A stretch of 64,000 nucleotides of DNA. Source: Azolla caroliniana. Its lineage: Eukaryota > Plantae > Polypodiophyta. This document shows positions 11,176 through 21,961 of the stretch, one piece after another (position 1 is the stretch's first letter; every line of letters starts with the position of its first letter). The notes under the pieces were generated by a model, which made no database searches, was not told the origin of the DNA, and saw only the letters and a program-made list of their open reading frames with translations. The stretch spans positions 14,694,001-14,758,000 of the forward strand of contig JBHGNT010000012.1 in the NCBI GenBank assembly GCA_043228905.1. Reading direction: 5' to 3'. A program made the translations under genes and the position numbers.

Positions 11176-14054
11176 TAGTTTATCTTGGGCCAGACTAGCC
11201 ACAAACACAAGGTGTCCCTCCGGAACAAATCTCCAAGGGGTGGTCAGGGATATGGATGACAATTCAGATCTTATTCACTTAACACTGTCCGGTTACTTTT
11301 TGGAATGCCTTCCGGAATCACACACTTATCCGGATCTTAATTACATGTGTAGGATTTATAAATATAGCACAAACGGCATGTAAACAAGATAACAATAAGA
11401 TTAAAAGCAACAACACTTAACTTCTATTACTTCTATAAAATTTATACATCAATACGGATCCTTTTATAGGCATCCGGTATGAGTTACAAAATGGTGCCTT
11501 ACCGGCTACCGGCTACTAATTGGTGTGGATCCGGATCCGTTACCGTAGAGCACTCCTCCATCTTCTCCTTCATCCGTTCCCATTGAGCTCCGATTATGAT
11601 CTGGATACACTTTATGCCCATCTTCACTTTGTCCTCCGTCGCCTCTTTTTCCTTCTTCATCTGCTTTATTAATGTCGTTGTTGCCATTGCCCGCTATCGA
11701 GGAAATCCTTGTGTGTTCGCGAAATGAAGGGACCGCTGGGGTCTTGGACCGGAAGGATTTGTAGTTTGTACTAGCGTAAACGAGAAAGTATTTAAGATAG
11801 ATTGAGAGAGATTGAGAGACGGAGATTCCAATTCTGAGACAGATTTGAGAGAGAGAAAGAGAGATTGAACCCTTGACTTTAATTTTGAGAGACAAGATAC
11901 ATCACCAATAAGATAACTAGATTTTTTATTAGAAGTTTTTTCATTCAATACATAGCTTGCCCTCATCCTTTTTCTCTATCTTTCTTTATAGATGCCCCCA
12001 TGTATCTGATGCATGTGAGGGTACAAGACATGCTTACAATGCATGGAGTGCATGAAATGCATGTGATGCATGTTTGCCATTTGGTGTTCATGCATCACAT
12101 GAGATGCATGATGACCATGTCACTCATCGAAGCTCTCATGTATGAGAATTTACATGTGAAAAGTACAATGATGAAAAACAAACTTCAAAGAAACATCTTA
12201 GCCTAATGGTATGTCAATTGTTTCCTATCTTGGGGTTGTAAGGTTCAAAACCCATGTGCACATTAATGTGCTAATATACGAGTGTAACCATCACCCCTTT
12301 CATGCATCTGCACATTGCACCTTCTCGGTTTTCTCCTTTCCACATAATTTTCACATCGTTACCGAAAATCTTCATAACATCGCTCCTCATAATCCTTGAA
12401 TTGGGTCTAATATGTCATGTGGACCCTTTCCAATGTCATCCTCGAACGTTAAATGATTTGATTTTGGGTGTCCGACAACTCCGATCGTTCCTTGGCCGCA
12501 ACCAACAACAACTGCACCGTTCTTTCCTGAAGCAGTTTTTCCCGTGCCGACAAAGCCTCTGATTTCTCTTTCAACTTTGCTCGGGCCTCTCTGAGTTTCT
12601 CTTATTGCCGGTCGTAGTCCGTCTCCAATTTCGTATGATCCCGGTACAATATGTGGAAGTCCTCTGTTTTTTGTTTGAGACATCAACCGACTTGCGATCG
12701 CAACCGACCGTGCCTATCATTCTGTTGTCGGTTTCTTCCTTGAGCCGCTCAATTTCTTTCTCTGCCATTCTTCGGAGGTTATCTTTTTCTTGCAACAAAT
12801 TCTCTTTCTCCTCCTTCAGCCAATCACTGATGCTCTGTATCTTCTCGAGTCTGTCTTCTCTCCTCCCTTTCTCTTCCTCAGCGGACTTCCGTAATTCTTT
12901 TTTTCTTTCTCAGTGCCAAGTAGTTCTTTTTTCTCTCTCTGAGTGCCGCTTGCGCGACCAACTCTTCCTTGAGCGCTTCGATTTCTTTCTTCCCCTCACG
13001 CTCTTTCTCTGGTGCCGTACAAGCCACTAGTGTTGCTTCTTTCACCGGAGCCTCTTCTTGTGTTCTTTCCGGTTCTACTGGCTCCGTCTCTGCACTAGTG
13101 CCATGACCCATATTCACCATAATGGCGGCTAATTCCTTGGCCCTTGCGAGCTCTTCTTCCAAAATCCAGCTTTTTTAAGATTGCTTAAAGTGTGTGGCAC
13201 TTCATCGGGGGTTGTTTGGGGTGGACTCAAGTTTAGATCTTATTTGTATGTCTAAACATAAGTAGTGATATAGTTTTAGAAGAATAGAAAAGTGAGGGCG
13301 TGGGTGGGGGTTAGGGGAGTGTAGCTTGTTGAAGATATCAAAAGTATTTAAACCTAATCAAAGTTTTTAGAACATATTAAAGATCATTGGGATAACTTAA
13401 GTTATTAGACACCAATAAAGTATTATTAAAACAGCAATATAGAGTATTATTAAAACGGGACCACACGCTTAGATGAAAGGGAGTTGTTTAAACACACACT
13501 TAAACAAACACTTAGATTATTATAAAAAAAATAAAAATAAAAATAGAAAAGAGAGATTGAGATTAAAAAATGATTATGGTTAAGAAGGGATTATGATTAA
13601 GGGGGAAGGGGTTGCTAAAACAAAGTACTTAAACGAATGTTTAAACAAATATTTAGATAAGAAACCACTTGGGCAAACACTTAAAGCAAGGTTATGATTA
13701 AAAGAGAAGGGAGGGACTATGGTTAAAGAAAAGGGGTCATGGCTAAGAAGAGAATGATTATGATTAAGAGAGGAGAATACTTAAACAAATGTTTAAACCA
13801 AAAAAAATGATTGAATAAGTACTTTAAAAAAAGGGGTTAAACAAGTACGTAATAAAAATGATTATTAAACAAGTACTTAATTGAAAATGATTAAATAAAT
13901 ACTTAAAAACTTAAGACAAAAGAAAATTGATAAAAAAGTGATTAAACAAGTACTTAATAAAAATTTACTAAATAAGTACTTAAGAACTTAAGACAAAAAA
14001 TTAGATAATAGCAACACATAGAAGGAAAGAAAGTTTTACTATCATAAGGCAACG

Positions 14055-14100
14055 ATCGACAAATGCATTTCGCCTCAATGGAGGCTCTTCAGTGCCCAAT
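14055..14100 (-). ncRNA. Minimal type I hammerhead ribozyme
   Basis: Minus strand reads GGCA-CUGAAGA-GCCUC(cauu)GAGGC-GAAA-UGCA-U-U-UGUC: conserved core, 5-bp helix II, one A-U pair closing a palindromic UGCA loop III, helix I GGCA/UGUC. Confidence 0.85.
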
Positions 14101-14262
14101 GTACAAATGATGAAAACTAAGCCTACTAGGTTGTTCTTTTTATAGGGAGAGGGAGGAGAGTCCTTTGTATGTGGGACATAAAAAAGTGTGTACAAAGGGA
14201 AGGTAAAAGAGTGTACACAAGACTTTAGGTGGGGGTTAAGAGGGGTGAGAGTACATAAAACA

Positions 14263-16024
14263 TTAGGTGGGGGGAAAGGATGAGTGTACTAGGTGGTTTC
14301 TTAGTTTTTTACCATTTAGCCAACACGTGAGAGGGGGTGTAAGGGAATTGTATTGTGGTTGTCATAGAAGGGGTTTAAGTTTGTTTCTCACGAGCACTCC
14401 GATTTGGAGTTTTTTGATATATGGGGAGTAACGAAGCTTAAAAACAATGGGTGGAGGTTTTTTGTTGTTGGGTTGGTTAGAGAGTAGTTGGTTTCATATG
14501 GAGTAGGGGACGGTCGAAAAACACTTGAGTAGGAACTTCGACAGGTAGCCCCTAGCTCTTAGGCAGTCGTAGAACTTTTTGCGTAGTTCCATGTAGCCAT
14601 TTTCCGAGCTCTCCCGGATAGCATACCGGTTTAGTTCTCCCGTGATGAAGCCCTTTTTGTGTGCTATGGGGTGCGAGGATTTCCACGGGAGGTACATGTA
14701 GGCATTGAGAGGTTTTTGGTGGCATGCGGTGTCGAGGATGCCGAATTCTTTAAAGTATGGGACTTTGAAGAAGACGACGTCTAGGATGGTGATCTCTTTA
14801 GGGGAGGTTGTTGATTCAATACAGATGTGTTGTTGTAGAGGCATGTCGTATTGGTGTAAGAAGGTGTGAAGTGTATCGGGGGAACCTTCCCAAACTCCTA
14901 TGGCATCATCGATGTAGCGTTTGTAGTAGAGTAGTTGCGGTGTTTGGAAAGCTAGGTTGTCATCCTCTAGCTGCGAAAGAAACAAGCAAGCGTAAACAAC
15001 GACAAAATTACTACCCATTGCGGTGCCTTTAATTTGTAACCAAAAAGCATTATTAAAGGAGAGAAAATTGTTTCTAAGTATAAGTTCGGCGACACTCATA
15101 ATGATTTTGGTTTTGTGTGGTGGGAAATGATGTGAAATAGATTTTTTTAAAACCAATAGACCTTCCGTGGTAGGTATACTGGGATATAGTGACACTATGT
15201 CAAAAGAAAACAACGTGCAAGTTTTGGGGAAGGTGTGGTGTGCTAGGTCCTTAACAAGTGTTAAGGAGTCTTTGAGGTGTTGTTTTTTAGACAATAAGAC
15301 AGGATGTAGTAGATGGTGTAGCCATTTAGAGGCTCTTTCGAAAACATAATTGTTGTAGGCGCAAATAGGGCGTCCTACAACAATGGGCTTGTGGATTTTG
15401 GGGATGATGTAGAAACGACATATCCTGATACCATGTTTGGGTTTTTGAAGGAGGAATCTAATTTCCTCCCTGGAGAGGTGGGGGGAAGCTTTCAAACAGA
15501 GGTGTTCAAGTCGACTGTGGAGAGTTTCTAGGGGGACGTCATTGACGGGGGTGTAAGTGTTTTTGTCGTTGATCTGTCTAAGGCATTCGTTAAGGTACCA
15601 ATCCTAAGAGAGAATGCACGTGCCTAGATTTTTATCCGCGGGTTTAATAACTATGTCTTGATTGTTTTTGAGATTATGTAGTGCAGTTCTAAAGTTCCTA
15701 TGAGGGCGAGGTTGGATGGTGGGTGGGGAGGGGAGGGCAGAGGTGATAGATGTGATGGTTTGTGTGATTTCTGGCACGGCTGGGGGATTCCAACTAGGGT
15801 TCGGTATTCTAAATGGAGAGATAATGTTAGTAGAGTTTCTAAAGAAATATTTGAGGCGGTAAGTTCTATCCAAGGATACAACGACATCTATCAATTGTTG
15901 TTTTCTAATAGGTTGGGGTGGGGGAATAAAGTCTAGACCTAAGCTTAGAAGTTTGAGTTGGGGTGGAGGAAGGTGGAAAGAGGAAAGGTTGTGCAATGAG
16001 TGATTAGTGATCCTATTCTCAAGC
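14263..16024 (-). pseudogene. Penelope-like reverse transcriptase ORF (three in-frame stops, no endonuclease domain)
   Basis: One frame containing LSLGLDF, IVIKPADKNLG, FYIIPKIHK, GRPI, SFDIVSLYPSI, GTAMGS, YKRYIDD, HQKP..YLPWKSSHP, GELNRY, and ending CWLNGKKLRNHLVHSSFPPT*. Stops at 15604, 14494 and 14362. Confidence 0.92.
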
Positions 16025-16064
16025 TAGGAGGGTGTTTGCCTTCCCAGTAAAATGTGGAGGTAGG

Positions 16065-17850
16065 TTAACGGTTGAAGAAGCGGGAGCCAATGTAATTTTC
16101 TAAGTCTACTCCTACATATTTTCCTGGTAGAGGATTTAGTTTCGGTCCCGTGGTGCGTGTGTTGGTGCGCGTTGCGGGATTGGGGGCCGGGGATGAGGAG
16201 TAGGTCGTTTGACTGGGGGCCGGGGGTAAGGCGTGGGTCGTGGAATTAGGGGTCGAGGGACTGGGGGTTGAGGGACCTGGGGCCAAGGAACTAAGGGTCG
16301 AGGATAGGACCGTGTGGTGGATTTGATGGTCTCGAAGTGAGACATTGATTGTTTCATAGGTGGGGGTAGGGAGGTAGGTGGTGGTACATTCATCGGGACG
16401 AATATAGGGTACGTGGGGGGTATGGGATGTGTGGGTGGTACGGGATAAGCATAGCTTTGTCCATAACTTGGGATAAAGGATTGGGTCCTTAAGAAGGAGG
16501 TGGGGGTAGTGGGGGATGAATTTGATGCTTTGTGTGTCCTTGTGCCCCCGTTTTTTGTCGGGGGCATAGCCGTGTTTTTTGGATGTGTGTTGGGGTTTTC
16601 CTTATTAATTTTCTCTAGGAACGGTTTAAGGTAATTGTCTACTTGATTCTTGATCTTTTTTAGCCCATCATCTATTAGAGTATTTATTGTTTTTTCTTTG
16701 CCCATCGTCATGGATTTCGAGATGTTGGCGTCCTGGGATGATTTATTAGCCACTTTAGTTTTAGCTTCTAAGGAAATCTGTATGCTAAATTCTAAGGTGG
16801 CTTGCTCTAGGTGGCTGTTAAATTTAGCAAAAGTTTTTTTTTCCAATGTTGGAGTTTTTCCTCCCATTGGTGTGATGTGACAAGGTTGTGCAATGGGATA
16901 TCCAAGAGCATTGCTACAATGTCTTGGAGTCTTTGCTCAACCGTGGTGGGGAACTTGTTGATAGTTTCAGTAAAACTAATAACTAGGGTTTTTTGGGCCT
17001 CTATTAACGCGAAGGTGCAATTTTTTCTATATTCTGCAATGAGATCGTTTAGTTTTTTATTGAGGATATTTTGTGCGTTTTCATTATTTATCGTTACCCT
17101 AGGAGGGTTAATGCGCAAGGAGTTAGGAATGAAGTTCTCCTTGAGATCGGTTTCATATTTATGGAGTACATCTTGGGCTCTATGGCGTTTAGACAAGAGT
17201 TCTTTATATTCTAATATGCAGCCTTGGCAAATGGTGTCAAAGTGGATGGGAATAGGTAAGTTTTCTAAAGAGTTTTGTGCCTCGAGGGGCGGGTTTGAGT
17301 TTTCTATGCTAGTTTTTCCCTTTTCTTGTGTGTTTGGGGTTGTTATTTTCCTTTTACCTTTGTCTTGTGCACGCAGGTTTGTGTGGGTGTGGTGGTCGCT
17401 AGAGGACACATGGGCGTGTTCAAAATGAGATTTTGTTATTGTAGGCATGCAAAGGGGATCTCCACCACCCCATTCTAGGGGAGGTGAGCTAAAGGTATCA
17501 AACAACTTGTGAAAGAAGATGACCTTCTTTGCGGGCGAGAGTTTGGTGATGAATTCTTTATAACCTTCCATTTTAAGGTCTTCTAAGTTTTCTATTAGTG
17601 AACTAAAGGGAGATTTTGGGGAGGGGGAGGGAATGCTTTGCGTGCTACTAGGGCTAGTTGGGGCTAAATCTAGTTGTAGCATCCTAGATGGCGGGGGGAT
17701 TTCTTTAGGTGGGGATTTGGGGTTGTTAAGACACACATTATATGGATGTTCGATGTCATGTGGGACACACATTATATGGATCTGATTCCGGGCCTTTTCC
17801 AATTTCTCCTTTACTACCAACAACCTTTCCGTCGGGGTGGGTCCTCCTAT
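16065..17850 (-). CDS. PLE ORF1 (helical/coiled-coil core, proline-rich and basic tail), split by a -1 frame change at an A9 run
   Basis: Overlapping ORFs 16807-17886 and 16136-16867 directly upstream of the RT, same strand and composition; FIPNSLRINPP followed by heptad-like helices. The first ~12 codons of the listed ORF are gypsy-derived. Confidence 0.65.
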
Positions 17851-18534
17851 CCATACTTGATGTTCCACTTCTACTTGGTTAGCCACTTTGGTAATCTACT
17901 TGCCCAACCATTCCAGACATTGTCGACAGATTCCGCGTTGATTAAGTGCAATGATATTACTTCATGATCCTTCCCCAAGCTCTGTGTGGTCGGCTCTTCC
18001 ATCTCCAGTTCCGGTATCGGCCTGTGTGCCTTCTATTGCTGTGTTAGACTCGGTTGCTCCGTTCCTTGGGTCTCCCATGCTAGAGAAACCACTTTGGGTC
18101 TTTCTATTGTTGGCACCTCCAACCCTTGCTCCACCACCATTGAGCAGGTTGTTGGTAAACTATCCCTTCTCGGACCCGAACCTTCCCCATGCTCCTCATA
18201 GTGACGTCTTCTAGGAGGTATTGGAAGATGCTCTTCCTCATCCTCCAACTCCTCGTCTTCTGCGGTCTAGTGGTGAGACGTCGTAGCCAATTCCAACTGC
18301 TCCCTTTCTTGCCTTCCTAACTTTATTTTGATGGGCTTTGCTAGTATTGTCGGGTCTTCCCTAGTGGGCTCCATAACTTGTGTTGCTTGCCAAGATACTT
18401 CTTTGGCCCATCCGGTGCTATGTCATGCTAGTAGTTGCTGCCATTTCGATGGTTGAGTTGGCGTTTTCTCCATCGTGCGCTTTTCTTTGGTTTGATGACG
18501 CATGGTGGCGTGAGCACTATCAGCCATTGTGCCA

Positions 18535-18559
18535 CCCTAAACCCTAAACCCTAAACCCT
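18535..18559. repeat. Short interstitial telomeric tract (CCCTAAA)3CCCT
   Basis: Directly visible; lies in the G2 extra ORF. Confidence 0.9.
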
Positions 18560-21500
18560 TCAACCACTGCTGAGATCATCATTCTAAGTGAGTTGGCAAC
18601 GATCAATGGCTAGTCCACCCGCAAGCCTTCAAATGAAGTGATTATAAATCTGGCCTTGTTTTTTGGCATGGCGAGTGGCCAGGGATGGACAAATCCTTAT
18701 TCTAACAAAACCCTAGCCACCTCTCGAAATAAGGGATTCTTGCCGCCCTGTGTCCGGTACGCCTTGCTGGCTATAGAAAACTCCCCAAAATTATCTGTCA
18801 AAATTTCGGTGGAGGGGTTTTTAATTGATTGCAGACCTCCGGACGGTAACTTAATCGCCGCCTGCACCGTTACTTTGGTGATTCCCTTGATGTCGGTGGT
18901 CGTGGCGACCTTCTCCGATTCCTTGTGTGGTGGTGCCTCTGATACTCGGTAAACCCTTCAAACGTGTGCTTTGTGACCCTGTCCTTTGCTTCTGCGGAGA
19001 TTGCCATCGGCGGTTTCTGTGTCGAGCTCGGTTCAGAGGCTGATTACTTGTGCTTTCTCGGAGTTCTGCGTGCTTTGTGCTCTTGAAATCTTCTTATCAC
19101 GAAATGACACTCATTAGTTCTTCCGGAAAATTTGTATCCCCATCTTCCTCAACTGCCTAATTCTTGATTCCCACACTCGTACATTGTGTATCATTATAGT
19201 ATGATTATGACATGTGGTGCTCCTTAAATGTGGATGACATCACGTCTTTTCCAATCGCTTTTTCATTATTACCGTTCAAAATCTCGTATATCTTTTCTTT
19301 TTTCTCTTAATGCTACTATTATTGTTATGGTTATTACTACTATCATTACCCTCTTTTTTTTCTTTTTCTTTTTTTCTCTACCGTACGTTGGAAGTACAAC
19401 GTAATCAAATTACTAATTCCGGGTGTTGTTGATTCCTCCGACATCGTCCCGTCTTGCTGGTTCTCCGACCCCCGTGTCATTAGTTGTTTTTCAGTAGCCT
19501 CCTTGCTCCGGACAGTAGGCATGTCCGGCTGACATCTGGTGTCCCCTTCTCCAGCAACCTGTTCTGTGTTGTGCTCTCTCGTCTTGAATGGGTTTTCCGG
19601 GATCGGTCCCTTATACAGTTTGAGCCAAAAACCATTTACCCAGTTTTCTAGTAGCTTTCTAGCTAAAGTTCCAAGATGGTAAAATCCCTTAAACTCCCTC
19701 GTTATCCAACATGGTTCGTCCAATGAACCTAGAGCTTTCCCAACATGCTCCCCATCTGTGTCTGAAACACTAACACCGGTTTACCGATTCCAAATTCCTT
19801 CTCATTGCCTTTCTAGTGTTGGTCGACAAATGCCTTCCACCGACGCTGCTTCAAGTCCAATTGCATCAAACTTAAGATCCGGTGCTCTTCCAGCTCGCAC
19901 AGGGTTTCGAACTAGACCCGTTTCGATTGCTACTCACTTAACCATTTGCGTACTTGTAGTCGCAAGCCGGGAATCTGTAACTCTATTGGCATTACTACTT
20001 CTAAGTTGAATGCCAGTTGGAATGGTGTCGACCAGATGCTAATCTTATAGGTTTTCTAGTAAGCCTAGAGAGCGTTGTGCAACTTTGTATCCCAATCCGT
20101 CCAGTTCTCATTCACAATTTTTTGGAATATATTTTGAAGCGTCTTATTTGTCGACTCTTCTAGCCCATTCGCCTGGGGGTAACACGTCATGTTCTTCTTA
20201 AGGACTACTACATAATATGTTGTCAAATTTTCAACCACTTGACCTATGAAGTGTCCACCTTGGTCGCTTACCAGCTCAATCGAACACCCGAACCGGCACC
20301 ATTTATACTCATACAGAAATTTTGTCGTGGATGCCACGGTGTTGTCCCAAAACGCCTTTGCCTCCACCCATTTCATGCAATAATCCATCGCTAATATAAT
20401 GTAGCGGTTCCTGGTGCGCATTTCCGCCAGTTTGAATGGTCTGATGAAGTCTTGTTCCCATTCTTCGAATGGTTCTAATGGGAGAACCGACTGATGTGGT
20501 ATTTGCACCTGTTCTGTAGGTTGCCCCATTCGTTGGCATAAATCACACTCCTTGCAGTACCGTACCGAGTCTTTGATGGTGAACGGACACCATAATCCGC
20601 TCCACCATATTTTCTGGGCCGTTACCTCTCCGGTGTAGTGCTCTCTGGCTACTCCATAGTGCACTTCGCGGAGGAGTGCTTGCTTTTCATCGTTCCAGAC
20701 CACTCGTCTCCACACTCCATCTACTCCCTTGTGGTAAAGAGTGTCATATAAAAGGCAGAAGTGCCTGCTTTGTAGTGCTAGGAATTTCCTCTCATCCTAA
20801 CTCAACTCCTACGGTGGTAGTCTGGAACTCGGAAACTGGTGCATATCCGTCATCCACTTATCGTCGATGGCTACTGATTCGTTCACTATTACCTCCGCAG
20901 TAATTTTAAATAACTACGCATTCGGAAACTCATCGCGGATGTCCCCACTAGACTCACTGGATTCCAACCGGCTCAAGTAATCGGCCACAACATGTTGCAC
21001 TCCGGGTCGATGGTAGACATCCAATTCAAACTCCTACAACAGCAAGGTCCACCTGGCTAACTTGTCGGTAAGTGATGCTTTCGACACCAAACATACCAAT
21101 GTTGAGTGGTTGACATGGAATGAAAACTTCCGGCCCAACAAGTAGCGACGGTACTTTGTCACACTGTATAGCATTACTAAGGCCGCCTATATCATTGTAG
21201 AATAATTCCGTTCGGCCTTGGAGAGCTTGCATAGTATACCGATTGGTACCACTTTGGCTCTTTAAGTTCAATCAATACGTTGTCGATGGCCACATCCAGT
21301 GCGTCCACAAATACATGAAAATCATTTGACCAGTTAGGTGGTTGTACCATCAGAGCTTGGGATAACATTACCTTGAGCGCTTGATAAAGTTTGTCCTACT
21401 GCTCCATGAAACAGTAGTCTGTGTACCACGATATGTCGTGGCGTTGTGAAATCCGTCAAATATCAAAGCATCCGGCGATGCCACCTGAACTGTCCAAGAT

Positions 21501-21961
21501 ATCTACTCACTGTGTTTGCATTGGTTGGTGTTGGGGTTTTAGGATTTCCTTGACATTGTCCGGATCGACCTCAATTCCTTCCTTGCTGACAATATGCCCT
21601 AACAATGCTCCGCTAGTGAACCCAAACACGCATTTAGCAGGATTCAGGCTCAATTGTGTTGTCCAGCATTTCTTTAGACACATCCAGAGATTGTCCAAAT
21701 GCTCCATTTTCCGGTTGTACATGGCAAAGTCACCGAGGAAAACCTACATGAATGCCGGGATATATTCCTCAAAGACCTCCATTATAATTTGCTAGAATGT
21801 TGCCGGTGCGGTCTTCAATTTGAACATCATTACTATGACGACAAAAATTCCCCATTTTGTTACAAATGCCACCTTCTCTTGATCGTACGGATGCATCTGG
21901 ATCTAAATATAGCCACTGAACCCGTTGAGGAAACTATACACCCCGTGTCTGGCTACGACAT

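Larger units (their letters stand above)
13200..17850 (-). mobile_element. Endonuclease-deficient Penelope-like retroelement (PLE), probably 5'-truncated
   Basis: ORF1, PLE-type RT, hammerhead ribozyme and AT-rich repetitive 3' region. Both flanks are consecutive parts of the G2 extra ORF (VANQVEVEHQV ~ VVGYVEAEERV of G4; LKEELVAQAALR ~ LRDELAAQEALR). Boundaries approximate. Confidence 0.88.

Noticed and set aside
13186-13212. Possible second hammerhead at the PLE 3' junction (CCGAUGA plus AGUG/CACU hairpin on minus)
   Set aside because: Core has a substitution and there is no GAAA; at best a truncated remnant.
18535-18559. Telomeric tract as the cap of the PLE 5' end
   Set aside because: Separated from the PLE by ~700 bp of gypsy sequence and in the wrong polarity.
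18934-18946. PBS-like gcctctgatact
   Set aside because: No adjacent LTR; lies inside the G2 extra-ORF homology.
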